A stretch of DNA of 64,000 nucleotides from an uncultured bacterium (GCA_963978235.1 CAXBQM010000001.1:8080-72079), one strand, 5' to 3'; shown: positions 47,596-59,536, counted from the stretch's first letter. The notes: a model not told the origin generated them from the sequence alone. Translations and numbers: made by a program.

Positions 47596-49307
47596 AATCC
47601 GTATTAATCGCAAACCGTGGCGAGATTGCAGTTCGCGTTGCGCGTGCTTGCAAAGATCATGGGCTCAAGAGCATTGCTGTTTACTCAGATGAGGATCGAG
47701 ACGCACTTCATGTGCACGCTGCTGATGATGCCTATTCACTTGATGGAATTACAGGTGCTCAGACCTATCTCAATATCGAGAAAATAATTGCTGTTGCAAA
47801 AAAATCTGGCGCAGATGCAGTTCATCCAGGTTATGGGTTTCTCTCTGAGAATGCAGATTTTGCACAAGCAGTTATCAACGCTGGTCTTATTTGGATTGGA
47901 CCATCACCAGAAGCAATTACTGCCCTTGGCGATAAAGTTTCCGCAAGAAAAATTGCTGCCAAAGTAGGAGCACCGCTCGTCGCAGGTACTCCAAATCCGG
48001 TTGATTCTGCCGATGAAGTAGTTGCGTTCGCACAAGAACATGGGTTACCTGTTGCGATTAAAGCGGCATACGGCGGTGGTGGTCGCGGTTTAAAAGTCGC
48101 ACGAACACTCGAAGAAATTCCAGAACTTTTTGCATCCGCAGTTCGTGAAGCAATATCTGGTTTTGGTCGAGGCGAGTGTTTTGTTGAGCGATATCTGGAT
48201 AAACCGCGTCACGTGGAAACTCAAGTGTTGGTCGATAAACATGGAAATGCAATAGTTGTTTCCACCCGAGATTGCTCACTTCAACGACGTCATCAAAAAC
48301 TCGTAGAAGAAGCACCAGCGCCGTTTCTCTCGCAAACTCAGATAGATGAGCTCTATCGAAGTAGCAAAGCAATCATGAAAGAAGCAGGATACGTTGGCGC
48401 AGGTACTTGTGAATTCCTCGTAGGAATCGACGGAACCATCTCGTTCTTAGAAGTGAATACTCGACTCCAAGTCGAACATCCCGTAAGTGAAGAAGTAGCA
48501 GGTGTTGATTTAGTTCGTGAGCAATTCCGAATTGCTATGGGCGAAAAAATCTCTGCCAGCGATCCCATTATTCGTGGCCATTCCATTGAATTCAGAATTA
48601 ATGGCGAAGATCCTGGGCGAAACTTCCTTCCTGCCCCAGGTGTCATTACTGAATGGCGAACACCCAGCGGACCTGGAATTCGCGTGGATGCTGGTTTCAC
48701 CGCCGGCGATGTGATCGGTGGAAATTTCGATTCGCTCTTAGCAAAACTTATTGTTACTGGTGCAACGCGTGATGAAGCGCTGGCTCGTGCACGCCGAGCG
48801 CTCGCTGAGTTTCAGGTTGGAGGTTTAGCAACTGCCCTGCCATTTCATCGCGCCATCGTGAATGACCCAGCATTTGCTCAAAAATTCTCGGTGTACACCA
48901 GTTATATTGAAACTGAATTTGTTAATGAGATTCCAGCTTTCGCAGCTAGTGTTGAAGCGAGAAATTCAACTCCGAGAGTAGAAAAATTAGTAGTTGAAGT
49001 CGGTGGCCATCGCTTTGATGTTTCTGTTCACGCAAAAGAAACTTCCCATAAACGACATCGGGCAAAAAGTGGTGTAACCGGTGTAGTCACTGGTGATTCA
49101 TTAACAAGTCCCATGCAAGGTACGGTTGTTAAATTTGCGGTGAACGAAGGCGATACCGTCAATGCGGGCGACTTAATTTGTGTGCTCGAAGCAATGAAGA
49201 TGGAGCAACCTCTCAACGCTCATAAAGCAGGAACGGTTAAAGATATTGCAGCAAAGATTGGTGAAACCATCACCAGTGGCAGTCGAATCTGCAGTATCGT
49301 CGATTAA
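47592..49307 (+). CDS. Acetyl/propionyl-CoA carboxylase alpha subunit (biotin carboxylase plus BCCP)
   Basis: ATP-grasp biotin carboxylase ([17 protein letters not shown]-like [10 protein letters not shown]) and a C-terminal biotinyl domain with EAMKME. Confidence 0.9.
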   Translation: MKSVLIANRGEIAVRVARACKDHGLKSIAVYSDEDRDALHVHAADDAYSLDGITGAQTYLNIEKIIAVAKKSGADAVHPGYGFLSENADFAQAVINAGLIWIGPSPEAITALGDKVSARKIAAKVGAPLVAGTPNPVDSADEVVAFAQEHGLPVAIKAAYGGGGRGLKVARTLEEIPELFASAVREAISGFGRGECFVERYLDKPRHVETQVLVDKHGNAIVVSTRDCSLQRRHQKLVEEAPAPFLSQTQIDELYRSSKAIMKEAGYVGAGTCEFLVGIDGTISFLEVNTRLQVEHPVSEEVAGVDLVREQFRIAMGEKISASDPIIRGHSIEFRINGEDPGRNFLPAPGVITEWRTPSGPGIRVDAGFTAGDVIGGNFDSLLAKLIVTGATRDEALARARRALAEFQVGGLATALPFHRAIVNDPAFAQKFSVYTSYIETEFVNEIPAFAASVEARNSTPRVEKLVVEVGGHRFDVSVHAKETSHKRHRAKSGVTGVVTGDSLTSPMQGTVVKFAVNEGDTVNAGDLICVLEAMKMEQPLNAHKAGTVKDIAAKIGETITSGSRICSIVD

Positions 49308-52300
49308 GAAACTTTTGGTTGCGGACCTGCTCCGATATTTCCATATCGGTGATTGGTTATCGCAATACTCTGCTCTCGCAACCACCGGGTAAGTTCCACA
49401 CCGCCAGATTGTGCAATAGGTCGCGAATCTAGAGATATTCCTCGATCAAGAAGTTCAACCGACGGCGCACGCTCGCCACTCAGCCATCGAACTTTTGAAA
49501 TTTTCCTTTGATCAATGAACTCAAGTAGCTCAGTAATCGATTCATGTTCGCTCGCCACAATTGCGATTCCATGTTCGTGGGAGAGCCATTCAACAAAAGC
49601 ACGTTCTTCGAGAGATGTTGACGTATCAAATCGGACTACGATTTCACCGTCATAACGTAAAAATCGCTGATAATTTCGCTCTACATCGAGTCCAGCACAC
49701 TCCCGCGCTTTAGCGCCTGTGCGTTCCCACCAAATTACTGCGCCACGTTTAGTCGAATTAACATCTTGAACCAAATTCCAATTTCGTAATTGTTCAACAT
49801 AATGAGGGCCACCGGCTTTAGCAGTTGCACCCACACTGCTTCGCTTCCACCCACCAAATGGTTGTCGATTGACAATCGCGCCAGTAATACCGCGGTTAAC
49901 GTAAAGATTTCCGGCTTGAACCTTTTCGATCCACTCTTCGCATTCGCGCGTATTTAATGAATGGATTCCCGCTGTAAGTCCAAAATTAGTTGCGCTCTGC
50001 CACTCAATGGCACGTTGTAAATTTGGCGCTTTCATTATTCCCAGTACTGGTCCGAACCATTCATTGTGATGGCTCCACGATCCCGGTTGCACACCGACTT
50101 TCACTCCTGGTCGCCAGATATATCCAGAATTATCCATTTGCTGTGGTTCAACCAGCCACGATTCGCCTTCATCTAATGTTGTAAGTGCGCGAAGCAATGC
50201 GCCTTCTGCTGGGCGAATAATTGGTCCGACCGTCGTACTAAAATCTGTTCCGGAACCAACACTTAAACTCGTGACCGCATCTTCTAATTGACTTATAAAT
50301 GATGGATTCTCATACACGCTCGCTTCCACTATCGCTAATGAGGCGGCGCTACATTTCTGTCCCGCATGGCCAAAGGCTGAAGTCACTAAATCTTTCACTG
50401 CAGCATCGATATCTGCGCTAGCAGAGATGATGATCGAATTTTTACCGGATGTTTCCGCCATTAATGGCATTTCTGGTCGCCAGGAAAGAAAGAGTCGAGC
50501 CGTTTCAAATCCACCTGTAAGAATCACCGAATCAACTTCTGGATGCGAAACTAAATATTTTCCATTCTCATCATCTCTCGAGGGAAGAAAGTGAAGAACG
50601 CTTTTTGGAACTCCCGCCTGCCACAAATGATTAACAATGGTCCATGCAACTGCGACCGTTTCTGGCGCGGGTTTCAAAATAACGCTATTTCCCGCAGCTA
50701 ATGCGGCACAAACCCCACCCATAGGAATTGCGTAGGGAAAATTCCATGGTGGCACAACCAGCACAACGCCGACAGGTTGCGAACCTTTAGCTAACGTGAC
50801 CGCAGATTTTGCGTAATATCGAGCGAAATCAATTGCTTCACTCACTTCTGGATCAGCTTCTGCCACTGTTTTTCCGGCATCACGTGCCATCACCGCAATT
50901 GTTTGAGCTCTTGCATCGGACATGATTTGGGCAGCTTTATTCAAAATCTCAGATCGCGCTTCTGCTCCTATTTCATCCCATTGCGAAAATGAAGCACGGG
51001 CAGATGAAATCGCACGATCAACATCGCTTCGCTCAATCACGGAATATCGATACCAAACGTCACCATTATTATTTGGGTCAAGCCCGGGCTCGGTCAGCGT
51101 TCCTTGAATCTCTTTACCGTTAACGACTACTGGAATATGAAGATCTGATATCGCTTTGATTCCTTTTATTGCCTTCTTTATTGATTGCACTAAATGTGGA
51201 TCAGTTAAATCGCCATCACTCTCATTGGGAAAGAAACCAGCGGCATGCGTTGGGGCAACACCATGTCGAAGTGAAGCAATCGAAATAGTATGTCGATCGG
51301 CTAGGGAATTCAGGAAACGTTTTTTCTGTTCGCTAAATTCACTACTAAATGCTTTCATCGTAAAGGATGCGCGGAGGTAATTCTCTACCGAAGTGTTTTC
51401 ATCAAGTCGTCGAACCAGATAGGCAACCGCACTTGGGAAATCTTCCATTTTTGTTACCGGTGTATAGAGGAGGACTTTTCCTTGCGCTTGCGCGAGCGAT
51501 AGCGCTTCGGCATTTGCCATTCCCTCTAACATTTCGATATCTAGTTGCGCTTCAACACCTCGTAATTTCGCTACTTCTATCGCCCATGCAATATGAAAAA
51601 GATTATGGCTAGCAACTCCAATTCGAACTGCCGGATAGTTCTCCGGGCGAAGTGCGCGATCGATAAGTCGCACATAGCTTGCATCCACTTCAGCTTTGGA
51701 GCGGTACGGCGCTGATGAATAGCCATGAAGCTGCGCTTCGGCTTTCTCCATCGCTAGGTTTGCGCCTTTAACTAAGCGAATTTTTATCGTTCCGCCAGCG
51801 CGTTCATGACGGAGGCGAGCCCAATCAACTAGCTCTTCAAAGTACTCATGTGATTCCGGTAAATATGCCTGAAGAACGATGCCAGCATTGAGTCGCTCGA
51901 ATTCAGGCTCATCGAGTATCTCTTTAAATACATCAACTGTGATTGCTAGATCTCGATACTCTTCCATATCTAAATTGATAAATGCGTTTTTTCGCGCAGC
52001 AATACGATAAAGATCTCGAAGTCGTTCGCCTACTCTTGATACTGAACCTGCATGATCAATCGTAATAATTTGACTAATTATTGATGAGATTTTTACTGAA
52101 ACATAATTAACTTCATCTCGTTGCAACATTTCCGAAACGGATTTAAAGCGCTCTAGCGCTTCGCGATCTCCAAGTACTGCTTCACCTAAAACGTTGATAT
52201 TAAGTTGAGCGTTATCAGATTTTCTTCGACCAATATGCTTTGCTAATTTCTTCGGCTGAGAATTAAGAATAATTCCATACGATGCCAACTCCACTCGCTT

Positions 52301-52630
52301 TCTTACTATTGCCATCGTTAATCGTGGCAATAATCGCGAGACTGGTGATGCGAGTTTTAAACCGAAGTAATCAATAGCGCCTAATTGAAGTGGCGCTGCT
52401 TTTGCCAATCGGCGAAATGCCTGAGCAGATTTTCTTTTGTCCGAAATACGAATCACTTCATCGGTGAGCCCCATCGTTACTGCTACGGCATCTGGGTCTT
52501 TGAGTAATCGAGCAAACCGCTTTCGATTTGCGCGATCTCGCCGTCTTCGATGTCGATCAGCAGAATTGAGAAAGGCGACAACTTGTTCAGTTGCGCTCTC
52601 GCCAAGCGCATCGAGCGCACGATCCGTCAC
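49304..52630 (-). CDS. putA: Bifunctional proline dehydrogenase / L-glutamate gamma-semialdehyde dehydrogenase
   Basis: 1108 aa. N-terminal PRODH barrel region plus a C-terminal ALDH domain with the catalytic region GQKCSAAS. Confidence 0.85.
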   Translation of the reverse strand: MTDRALDALGESATEQVVAFLNSADRHRRRRDRANRKRFARLLKDPDAVAVTMGLTDEVIRISDKRKSAQAFRRLAKAAPLQLGAIDYFGLKLASPVSRLLPRLTMAIVRKRVELASYGIILNSQPKKLAKHIGRRKSDNAQLNINVLGEAVLGDREALERFKSVSEMLQRDEVNYVSVKISSIISQIITIDHAGSVSRVGERLRDLYRIAARKNAFINLDMEEYRDLAITVDVFKEILDEPEFERLNAGIVLQAYLPESHEYFEELVDWARLRHERAGGTIKIRLVKGANLAMEKAEAQLHGYSSAPYRSKAEVDASYVRLIDRALRPENYPAVRIGVASHNLFHIAWAIEVAKLRGVEAQLDIEMLEGMANAEALSLAQAQGKVLLYTPVTKMEDFPSAVAYLVRRLDENTSVENYLRASFTMKAFSSEFSEQKKRFLNSLADRHTISIASLRHGVAPTHAAGFFPNESDGDLTDPHLVQSIKKAIKGIKAISDLHIPVVVNGKEIQGTLTEPGLDPNNNGDVWYRYSVIERSDVDRAISSARASFSQWDEIGAEARSEILNKAAQIMSDARAQTIAVMARDAGKTVAEADPEVSEAIDFARYYAKSAVTLAKGSQPVGVVLVVPPWNFPYAIPMGGVCAALAAGNSVILKPAPETVAVAWTIVNHLWQAGVPKSVLHFLPSRDDENGKYLVSHPEVDSVILTGGFETARLFLSWRPEMPLMAETSGKNSIIISASADIDAAVKDLVTSAFGHAGQKCSAASLAIVEASVYENPSFISQLEDAVTSLSVGSGTDFSTTVGPIIRPAEGALLRALTTLDEGESWLVEPQQMDNSGYIWRPGVKVGVQPGSWSHHNEWFGPVLGIMKAPNLQRAIEWQSATNFGLTAGIHSLNTRECEEWIEKVQAGNLYVNRGITGAIVNRQPFGGWKRSSVGATAKAGGPHYVEQLRNWNLVQDVNSTKRGAVIWWERTGAKARECAGLDVERNYQRFLRYDGEIVVRFDTSTSLEERAFVEWLSHEHGIAIVASEHESITELLEFIDQRKISKVRWLSGERAPSVELLDRGISLDSRPIAQSGGVELTRWLREQSIAITNHRYGNIGAGPQPKVS

Positions 52631-52636
52631 GCTGTG

Positions 52637-52642
52637 AGGATA
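52637..52642 (-). promoter_or_regulatory. -10 box TATCCT, 6 nt before the putA GTG
   Basis: Minus-sense TATCCT-CACAGC-GTG. Confidence 0.35.
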
Positions 52643-52665
52643 CTCAAACGAGCGAAGTGGTGGAC

Positions 52666-52671
52666 TAAAGT
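52666..52671 (+). promoter_or_regulatory. -10 box TAAAGT, 6 nt before the purine nucleoside phosphorylase GTG
   Basis: TAAAGT-AGGCGC-GTG. Confidence 0.35.
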
Positions 52672-52677
52672 AGGCGC

Positions 52678-53496
52678 GTGACTGATCTTTATACCGACCC
52701 GCTTAAGGCTGCAGAAGAGGCGGCATCGGTACTCGCTGCTAAAACTGGAAAATCGACGCACGATGTTGCCCTCGTTATGGGTTCTGGTTGGGTGAGCGCC
52801 GCGGAAGCGCTTGGCCAACCCACTCATGAATTTCCAGTAACCGATCTCCCAGGATTTCCAGCCCCGACCGTTGCTGGCCATGGCGGAGTTATCCGTTCCT
52901 ACGATATTCACGGCGCCCACAACACTCTGCGCGTTTTGGTCTTCCTCGGTCGAACCCACCTCTATGAAGGTAAGGGAATTGAGCCAGTTGTTCATGGCGT
53001 TCGAACTGCAGTGAAAGCTGGATGCAAAACCATCATTCTTACCAATGCATGTGGTGGTATCAATCCAGATTTCTCAGTAGGACAACCAGTGTTGATTAAA
53101 GATCACATTTCCCTTACTGCAGTAAGCCCTTTAAGCGGTGCAACTTTTATTGATCTCACCGATTTATATAGTCGAAGAATTCGTACCATGATGAAAGAAC
53201 TTGATCCCACGTTACAAGAAGGTGTGTATGTACATTGGCGTGGACCAACATATGAAACGCCGGCCGAGATAAGAATGATGCGCACTATGGGTGCAGATTT
53301 AGTTGGCATGTCAACGGTTCCAGAAGCAATTGCTGCACATGCCCTTGGTGCTGAAGTTGTCGGTATTTCGTTGGTATCAAATGCTGCAGCTGGTATGACT
53401 GGCGAGAAATTAAGCCATGATGAAGTGATGGCGGCGGGTAAAGCATCAGCAGATAAAGTTGGAAAACTTCTGGCAACTCTGCTTCATCAACTCTAA
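52678..53496 (+). CDS. punA: Purine nucleoside phosphorylase (trimeric PNP/PunA type)
   Basis: LGRTHLYEG, GPTYETPAE and VGMSTVPE. Confidence 0.9.
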   Translation: MTDLYTDPLKAAEEAASVLAAKTGKSTHDVALVMGSGWVSAAEALGQPTHEFPVTDLPGFPAPTVAGHGGVIRSYDIHGAHNTLRVLVFLGRTHLYEGKGIEPVVHGVRTAVKAGCKTIILTNACGGINPDFSVGQPVLIKDHISLTAVSPLSGATFIDLTDLYSRRIRTMMKELDPTLQEGVYVHWRGPTYETPAEIRMMRTMGADLVGMSTVPEAIAAHALGAEVVGISLVSNAAAGMTGEKLSHDEVMAAGKASADKVGKLLATLLHQL

Positions 53497-53530
53497 GTAG
53501 TAAATAAGAAGAAATAAATAAGAAATAGCG

Positions 53531-55159
53531 ATGTTAAGTCAACAATTACTTGAAGAAGTTCGCACGTGGATTGCTGATGACCCAGATCAAATAACTGCTC
53601 AGCAACTCACTCACTATATTGAAACCGGTAATACCGAAGCTCTCACCCGTTGCTTTTCAGGTTTTCTGCAATTTGGAACGGCGGGATTACGAGGTCCATT
53701 GGGACCTGGGCCCTCGTGTATGAATCGCGCCGTAGTAAGTCGGACCGCTGCCGGATTAGCAATTTTCATGAAACGACGCGGACTCCGTTCGATTGTTATT
53801 GGCCGAGATGCTCGCCACGGATCTGAAGATTTTGCACGAGATACAGCAGAAATAATGGCAGGTGCTGGTTTTGAAGTGAATTTTTTACCACGACCTCTTC
53901 CTACTCCTGTGCTTGCGTTTGCCGTCCGACAACTCAATCTCGATGTTGGAGTGATGGTCACTGCAAGTCATAATCCAGGCACAGACAATGGTTACAAGGT
54001 TTATCTTGGTGGGGTTATTGATGGTGTTCCTTATGAAGGATCACAGATCATTTCGCCTATTGACCAAGAAATATTCGCAGACATTTTAAGTGTTTCCTCA
54101 TTGAAGAATATTCCACGTGGCTCTCAGTGGAACATCCTTGATGAAAAAATTATTCGATCCTATGTTCATCGAACTGCTGCCACCGTTACATCACCTCGCG
54201 ACATTAAAGTCGTTTACTCTGCCATGCATGGCGTTGGAACCGAGACGCTTCGATCAGTCTTCCATGCCGCTGGCTTTGCAGAACCAATACTCGTTTCCGC
54301 GCAGGCTGAACCAGATCCAGATTTTCCCACGACGCCTTTTCCGAATCCCGAAGAACCAGGCGCCATTAATCTTGCACTAGAAACAGCGCGATCATTTGAT
54401 GCCGATATCGTCATTGCAAATGATCCAGATGCTGATCGATGCGCGGTTGCAATTAAAGACAGTGACTGGCGAATGCTTCGTGGCGATGAAGTGGGTGCAA
54501 TTCTCGGTGAGTACATTGCTCGTCACAATACCCAAGGAGTATTCGCAAATTCCATCGTTTCATCTTCGCTGCTCGCAAAGATTGCCGCCCACTACAAAAT
54601 TGTTTTTGCGGAAACGCTCACAGGTTTTAAATATTTATCGAAGATTCCCGATCTCACCTTCGGTTATGAAGAAGCACTTGGTTACTGTATTGATAGCAAA
54701 TCCGTTAACGATAAAGATGGAATAAGTGCCGCGTTAAAAATCGTGGAAATTGCCGCTGAACTTAAATCGCGCGGTTCCTCTCTTGGCGAATTTTTAGCTG
54801 AAATATCGGCTCAATACGGCTATTTCTACACTTCTCAAATTTCGCTGCGGGTTAACCACCTCTCTGAATTAACACAAACTATGGAAAACCTACGCCGTAA
54901 CTTTCCACAAGAAATTGCTGGATATCGAGTTGTGAAATTTGCAGATCTTGCTCAACCACACGATGGCTTGCCGGCTACGGATGGAATTCGTTTCTGGCTT
55001 GGAGAGGCTATTCGAATCATCATTCGGCCAAGCGGTACTGAGCCTAAAATCAAGTGCTATATCGAAATTATTAAGCGCGGCGATTCAGCTCACGAAGATG
55101 CGCTTGCGACGCTCTCTCAAATACGCGAACCACTTACTCAACTCTTTGTTAACTCTTAG
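53531..55159 (+). CDS. Phospho-sugar mutase (alpha-D-phosphohexomutase family; probably acting as a phosphopentomutase in this context)
   Basis: TASHNPGTDNGYK and DPDADR. It lies between punA and deoC. Confidence 0.8.
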   Translation: MLSQQLLEEVRTWIADDPDQITAQQLTHYIETGNTEALTRCFSGFLQFGTAGLRGPLGPGPSCMNRAVVSRTAAGLAIFMKRRGLRSIVIGRDARHGSEDFARDTAEIMAGAGFEVNFLPRPLPTPVLAFAVRQLNLDVGVMVTASHNPGTDNGYKVYLGGVIDGVPYEGSQIISPIDQEIFADILSVSSLKNIPRGSQWNILDEKIIRSYVHRTAATVTSPRDIKVVYSAMHGVGTETLRSVFHAAGFAEPILVSAQAEPDPDFPTTPFPNPEEPGAINLALETARSFDADIVIANDPDADRCAVAIKDSDWRMLRGDEVGAILGEYIARHNTQGVFANSIVSSSLLAKIAAHYKIVFAETLTGFKYLSKIPDLTFGYEEALGYCIDSKSVNDKDGISAALKIVEIAAELKSRGSSLGEFLAEISAQYGYFYTSQISLRVNHLSELTQTMENLRRNFPQEIAGYRVVKFADLAQPHDGLPATDGIRFWLGEAIRIIIRPSGTEPKIKCYIEIIKRGDSAHEDALATLSQIREPLTQLFVNS

Positions 55160-55171
55160 TAGAGTAGAGAT

Positions 55172-56122
55172 ATGACTTCTGTACTCGATCATTCTGACAG
55201 TACGGATTCTGGATTAAAGAAATTTCTCGCTTCGTTATCGGGTGTCGATAAAGTTGGAATTGAAGCTCGCGCAACCATGTTAGGTACTCGAAGCATTAAA
55301 ACGTCGAGTAAAGCGTGGGCGATTGATACCGCAATTTCTATGGTTGATCTCACGACCTTAGAAGGAGCCGATACACCTGGAAAAATAAGAGCGCTCTGTG
55401 AAAAAGCTATTCGACCAGATCCGACTGATGTGACTGTGCCATCGGTAGGTGCCGTCTGTGTTTACAACGATTTAGTGAAGATTGCGCGATCCCACCTCGA
55501 TGCAAATAACGGTAAGGACATTCCCGTTGCTGCGGTCACCACTGCATTTCCATCTGGCCGAGCAACTCTCGCGGTAAAAGTTCGTGATACCCAAGACGCC
55601 ATCGATAATGGTGCAACTGAAATAGATATGGTGATTGATCGTGGCGCATTTCTTGCTGGCAGATTTGGTGAAGTATTTGAAGAGATTCGCGCAATAAAGG
55701 TTGTGTGCAAAGATCGTGCGCACCTCAAAGTGATTTTAGAGACCGGTGAATTAGTAACCTACGACAACGTGAAGAAGGCGTCATTTCTCGCAATGATGGC
55801 TGGCGCCGATTTCATTAAAACCAGTACTGGAAAGGTATCCCCTGCCGCTACGCCCGCTGTAGTGCTGACGATGTTGGAAGCCGTGCGCGACTATTACGAA
55901 ATGACAGGGCATCGAATTGGCGTAAAGGCAGCGGGAGGAATTCGCACCACCAAAGATGCAATAAAGCAATTAGTCCTTGTCTATGAAACAGTTGGTCAAG
56001 CATGGCTGACGCCATCGCTCTTTCGCATTGGCGCAAGCGCTCTTCTCAATGATCTCTTGTTGCAACGCATGAAATTACGAACCGGCCACTACGCTAGTGC
56101 GAACTACGTAACGGTCGACTAG
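55172..56122 (+). CDS. deoC: Deoxyribose-phosphate aldolase (long actinobacterial form)
   Basis: Class I aldolase pattern with EIDMVI and the Schiff-base region FIKTSTGK. Confidence 0.85.
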   Translation: MTSVLDHSDSTDSGLKKFLASLSGVDKVGIEARATMLGTRSIKTSSKAWAIDTAISMVDLTTLEGADTPGKIRALCEKAIRPDPTDVTVPSVGAVCVYNDLVKIARSHLDANNGKDIPVAAVTTAFPSGRATLAVKVRDTQDAIDNGATEIDMVIDRGAFLAGRFGEVFEEIRAIKVVCKDRAHLKVILETGELVTYDNVKKASFLAMMAGADFIKTSTGKVSPAATPAVVLTMLEAVRDYYEMTGHRIGVKAAGGIRTTKDAIKQLVLVYETVGQAWLTPSLFRIGASALLNDLLLQRMKLRTGHYASANYVTVD

Positions 56123-56132
56123 AAAGTACCCA

Positions 56133-57596
56133 ATGGAATTCACTTACGCAGCTGCGCCGGAGTCAAAATCTGTCGTCACTATTGCGCCGTCTTACAAACT
56201 CTTTATCAATGGCGATTGGGTAAATGGCAAAGGGAAAACTTTTCCCACTATCAATCCGGCAACCGAAGAAACCTTAAGCAAAGTCACTTATGGCACATCC
56301 GCAGATATTGACCGCGCTGTTAAAGCGGCTCGTAACGCGTACACAAAGATTTGGTCCAAACTCCCGGCGAAAGAGCGCGGGAAATATCTCTATCGCATTG
56401 CTCGACTTTTACAGGAACGCGCTCGCGAGTTTGCGGTGTTAGAGACTCTTAATAATGGAAAACCAATTCGCGAGTCTCGTGATGTCGATATTCCATTAGC
56501 AGCTGCGCACTTTTTCTATCACGCAGGCTGGGCTGACAAACTCGATTATGCTGGCGTGGGCGATAAACCAAAACCATTTGGCGTGGTCGGACAAATAATT
56601 CCGTGGAACTTTCCGCTACTCATGTTGGCCTGGAAAATTGCACCAGCTCTCGCAGCCGGTAATACCGTTGTACTCAAACCAGCCGAAACTACGCCGCTTA
56701 CTGCGTTGTTATTTGCGGAAATTTGTCAGCAAGCCGATCTCCCCGCTGGCGTCGTAAATATTGTTACTGGTGACGGAAGTACTGGAGCAGCGCTCGTAAA
56801 CCATCCAGATATAGACAAAATTGCATTTACCGGCTCAACCGAAGTTGGCAAAATAATCGCTCGAGCGATTGCTGGAACTGAGAAGAAAGCAACGCTTGAA
56901 CTTGGTGGCAAAGCAGCAAATATCGTCTTTGACGATGCTGCGATAGATCAGGCGGTTGAAGGAATTATTAACGGCATCTTCTTCAATCAAGGCCATGTGT
57001 GCTGCGCTGGATCCCGACTTCTTGTACAAGAGAGCGTTTATGGAACAGTGCTCGATAAGTTGCAGGCACGAATGGCAAAAATTCGCGTTGGTGATCCTAT
57101 GGATAAAAACACAGATCTTGGTGCCATTAATTCTTCGATGCAATTAGCAAAGATCAAAGAACTCACTGCTGCCGGAGATAGCGAAGGTGCAACCCGATGG
57201 AGTTCGCCATGCGAACTTCCGAAAAAAGGTTTTTGGTTTCCACCTACAATTTTTACTGGCGTGACCGAGAGCCATCGAATTTCGCGGGAAGAAATTTTCG
57301 GTCCGGTACTTTCAATTCTTACGTTCCGAACACCAGCTGAAGCAATTGAAAAAGCAAATGCAACTCCTTATGGACTCTCGGCTGGCATCTGGAGTGAAAA
57401 GAGTTCAAAAATACTTTGGACAGCTCAGAACCTAAGAGCTGGTGTTATCTGGTCAAATACATTTAATAAATTCGATCCAGCTTCGCCATTTGGCGGATAT
57501 AAAGAATCTGGTTGGGGTCGTGAAGGTGGTCGCCATGGTTTGCAGGCATATTTACGCGCTAGCGTGAAATCTCATTCTCAGAAAGGTGGCAACTAA
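56133..57596 (+). CDS. NAD(P)-dependent aldehyde dehydrogenase (full length)
   Basis: PWNFP, KPAE, FTGST, the catalytic Glu in LELGGK, and the catalytic Cys in GHVCCAGSR. Confidence 0.9.
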   Translation: MEFTYAAAPESKSVVTIAPSYKLFINGDWVNGKGKTFPTINPATEETLSKVTYGTSADIDRAVKAARNAYTKIWSKLPAKERGKYLYRIARLLQERAREFAVLETLNNGKPIRESRDVDIPLAAAHFFYHAGWADKLDYAGVGDKPKPFGVVGQIIPWNFPLLMLAWKIAPALAAGNTVVLKPAETTPLTALLFAEICQQADLPAGVVNIVTGDGSTGAALVNHPDIDKIAFTGSTEVGKIIARAIAGTEKKATLELGGKAANIVFDDAAIDQAVEGIINGIFFNQGHVCCAGSRLLVQESVYGTVLDKLQARMAKIRVGDPMDKNTDLGAINSSMQLAKIKELTAAGDSEGATRWSSPCELPKKGFWFPPTIFTGVTESHRISREEIFGPVLSILTFRTPAEAIEKANATPYGLSAGIWSEKSSKILWTAQNLRAGVIWSNTFNKFDPASPFGGYKESGWGREGGRHGLQAYLRASVKSHSQKGGN

Positions 57597-58432
57597 TGCG
57601 CCTTGATATCAAGAAAACTTATAAGTTATTTATCGGTGGCCAATTTCCACGAAGTGAATCTGGTCGAAGTTATGAAATCACTTCGCCACGAGGTGAATTT
57701 CTGGCGAATGCCGCGCAGGCATCTCGAAAAGACCTGCGTGATTCGGTGGTTGCAGCGCGTTCTGCTTTTAGTAATTGGTCGAGCGCAACTGCATTCAATA
57801 GAGGGCAGATTCTCTATCGAATAGCCGAAATAATGGAAGGTCGTCGAGATCAATTCATCGCCGAGATAGCGTCGTGCGAAGGAGCTACTTCCAAAAAATC
57901 ATCGGAACAAGTTGATGCTGCCATCGATCTCTGGGTTTGGTATGCCGGCTGGTGCGATAAATACACGTCAATTGCTGGCAGTCAAAATCCCATTGCCGGT
58001 CCGTTTTACAACTTTACGACGCCGGAACCACTTGGTGTTGTGGGCGCGATTGCTGATCAGAAGAGTTCACTTATTGGTCTCGTTCACGCCATTGCTCCAA
58101 TTATTACAAGTGGTAACTGTGCGGTAGTCATTGCACATGAGCGAGCTCCGCTATCAGCAATCACACTCGGCGAAGTTTTGGCAACGAGTGATCTTCACGC
58201 AGGTGTCGTCAATCTTTTGACCGGAAAAGTTTCAGAACTTTCGCCCTGGTTGGCAGCACATATGGATGTCGATGGCATTGATCTCTCTGGAGTTGCTCGA
58301 AAAAATATTGGCGAGTTACAGCACGTTGCGGCTGAAAATCTCAAGCGTTGCCATTCGTTTACTGGCGAATCACTCGAAAGAATTCTTGCCTTTACAGAAT
58401 CTAAAACAGTCTGGCACCCAATCGGGGTTTAG
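57596..58432 (+). CDS. Aldehyde-dehydrogenase-like protein lacking the catalytic domain (278 aa)
   Basis: The N-terminal half aligns with the upstream ALDH (YKLFIGGQF..., LGVVGAI..., AGVVNLLTG). PWNFP, ELGGK and the Cys loop are absent, and the sequence jumps to an ALDH-like C-terminal tail ([10 protein letters not shown]). The start overlaps the upstream stop (TAATG). Confidence 0.75.
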   Translation: MRLDIKKTYKLFIGGQFPRSESGRSYEITSPRGEFLANAAQASRKDLRDSVVAARSAFSNWSSATAFNRGQILYRIAEIMEGRRDQFIAEIASCEGATSKKSSEQVDAAIDLWVWYAGWCDKYTSIAGSQNPIAGPFYNFTTPEPLGVVGAIADQKSSLIGLVHAIAPIITSGNCAVVIAHERAPLSAITLGEVLATSDLHAGVVNLLTGKVSELSPWLAAHMDVDGIDLSGVARKNIGELQHVAAENLKRCHSFTGESLERILAFTESKTVWHPIGV

Positions 58433-59526
58433 TTCTCAGCTGAGATCGAGGCGTAGGCAGGTTTCACAACTTTTTCAATAATCTCTAATCGCTCTTCAAA
58501 TGGGATGAATGCGCTTTTCAGTGCATTAACGGTCACTCGTTGTAAATCAGTGAAAGTCCAGCCAAAAGCAGCAACAACTTCTTGCATTTCATGGCTCATC
58601 GATGTTCGACTCATCAATCTATTATCGGTATTGAGAGTTATTCGGAAACGTAACTTTGCCAACGCTCCAATGGGATGATCCTTAATCGATTTTGCTGCAC
58701 CAGTTTGCAGATTCGATGTCGGGCAGAGCTCAAGTGGAATTCTTCGATCTCGTACATAAGAGGCTAATCGACCTAAAACAGGTTTTCCGGAGGAGAAATC
58801 AATATCGTCAATAATTCGCACACCATGGCCTAAACGTTCCGCACCACAATGTTGAATCGCCTCCCAAATTGAGGGCAATCCATAAGCTTCGCCGGCATGA
58901 ATTGTGAAGTGAGCGTTCTCTCTTCGAAGATATTCGAATGTATCTAATTGATTGGTCGGTGGAAATCCATCTTCTGGCCCAGCGATATCAAAACCTACAA
59001 CGCCCGCATCTCGATATTTCACAACTGCTTCCGCTGCTTCTTGTGAACGGTTGTTCTGGCGCATTCCGCAGAGAATTGATTCCACTCGAATTGTTCGACC
59101 TTCGCGCGCGGCTTCTGCCATCCCTTGTTTATAACCTTCAACAGTTGCTTCAACTACATCATTAAGTGAGAGTGATTGCTCGGTAAAAAGTTCTGGTGCG
59201 CCACGAACTTCGGCGTAGACAACGCCATCGCGCGCTAAGTCGACGACGCACTCTCGAGCAACTCGTTCAATTGCGTCACGAGTTTGCATGACTGCGATGG
59301 TGTGGCTAAATGTCTCGAGATATCGAACTAATGAGCCGGAATCGCATGATTCTTGAAACCAATCTGCTAATTGTGAAGGATCATGCGTTGGTAATTTTGT
59401 GTAACCAATTGCATCAGCAAGTTCAATAATTGTTTCAGGACGGAGTCCGCCATCGAGATGATCATGGAGAAGCGCTTTAGGCAGTCGAGAAATCTGGTCT
59501 GCCGTTGGGCGCGAATCCATCGCCAT
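58429..59526 (-). CDS. add: Adenosine deaminase
   Basis: [20 protein letters not shown], and [10 protein letters not shown]. Confidence 0.9.
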   Translation of the reverse strand: MAMDSRPTADQISRLPKALLHDHLDGGLRPETIIELADAIGYTKLPTHDPSQLADWFQESCDSGSLVRYLETFSHTIAVMQTRDAIERVARECVVDLARDGVVYAEVRGAPELFTEQSLSLNDVVEATVEGYKQGMAEAAREGRTIRVESILCGMRQNNRSQEAAEAVVKYRDAGVVGFDIAGPEDGFPPTNQLDTFEYLRRENAHFTIHAGEAYGLPSIWEAIQHCGAERLGHGVRIIDDIDFSSGKPVLGRLASYVRDRRIPLELCPTSNLQTGAAKSIKDHPIGALAKLRFRITLNTDNRLMSRTSMSHEMQEVVAAFGWTFTDLQRVTVNALKSAFIPFEERLEIIEKVVKPAYASISAEN

Positions 59527-59536
59527 GAACTAACTC

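Noticed and set aside
53497-53530. AT-rich spacer with a 10-bp direct repeat TAAATAAGAA (53501-53510 and 53515-53524) between punA and the phospho-sugar mutase gene.
   Set aside because: It is very short and low complexity, and it carries several stop codons. It is most simply an inter-cistronic spacer, and there is no evidence for a protein-binding site or RNA element.
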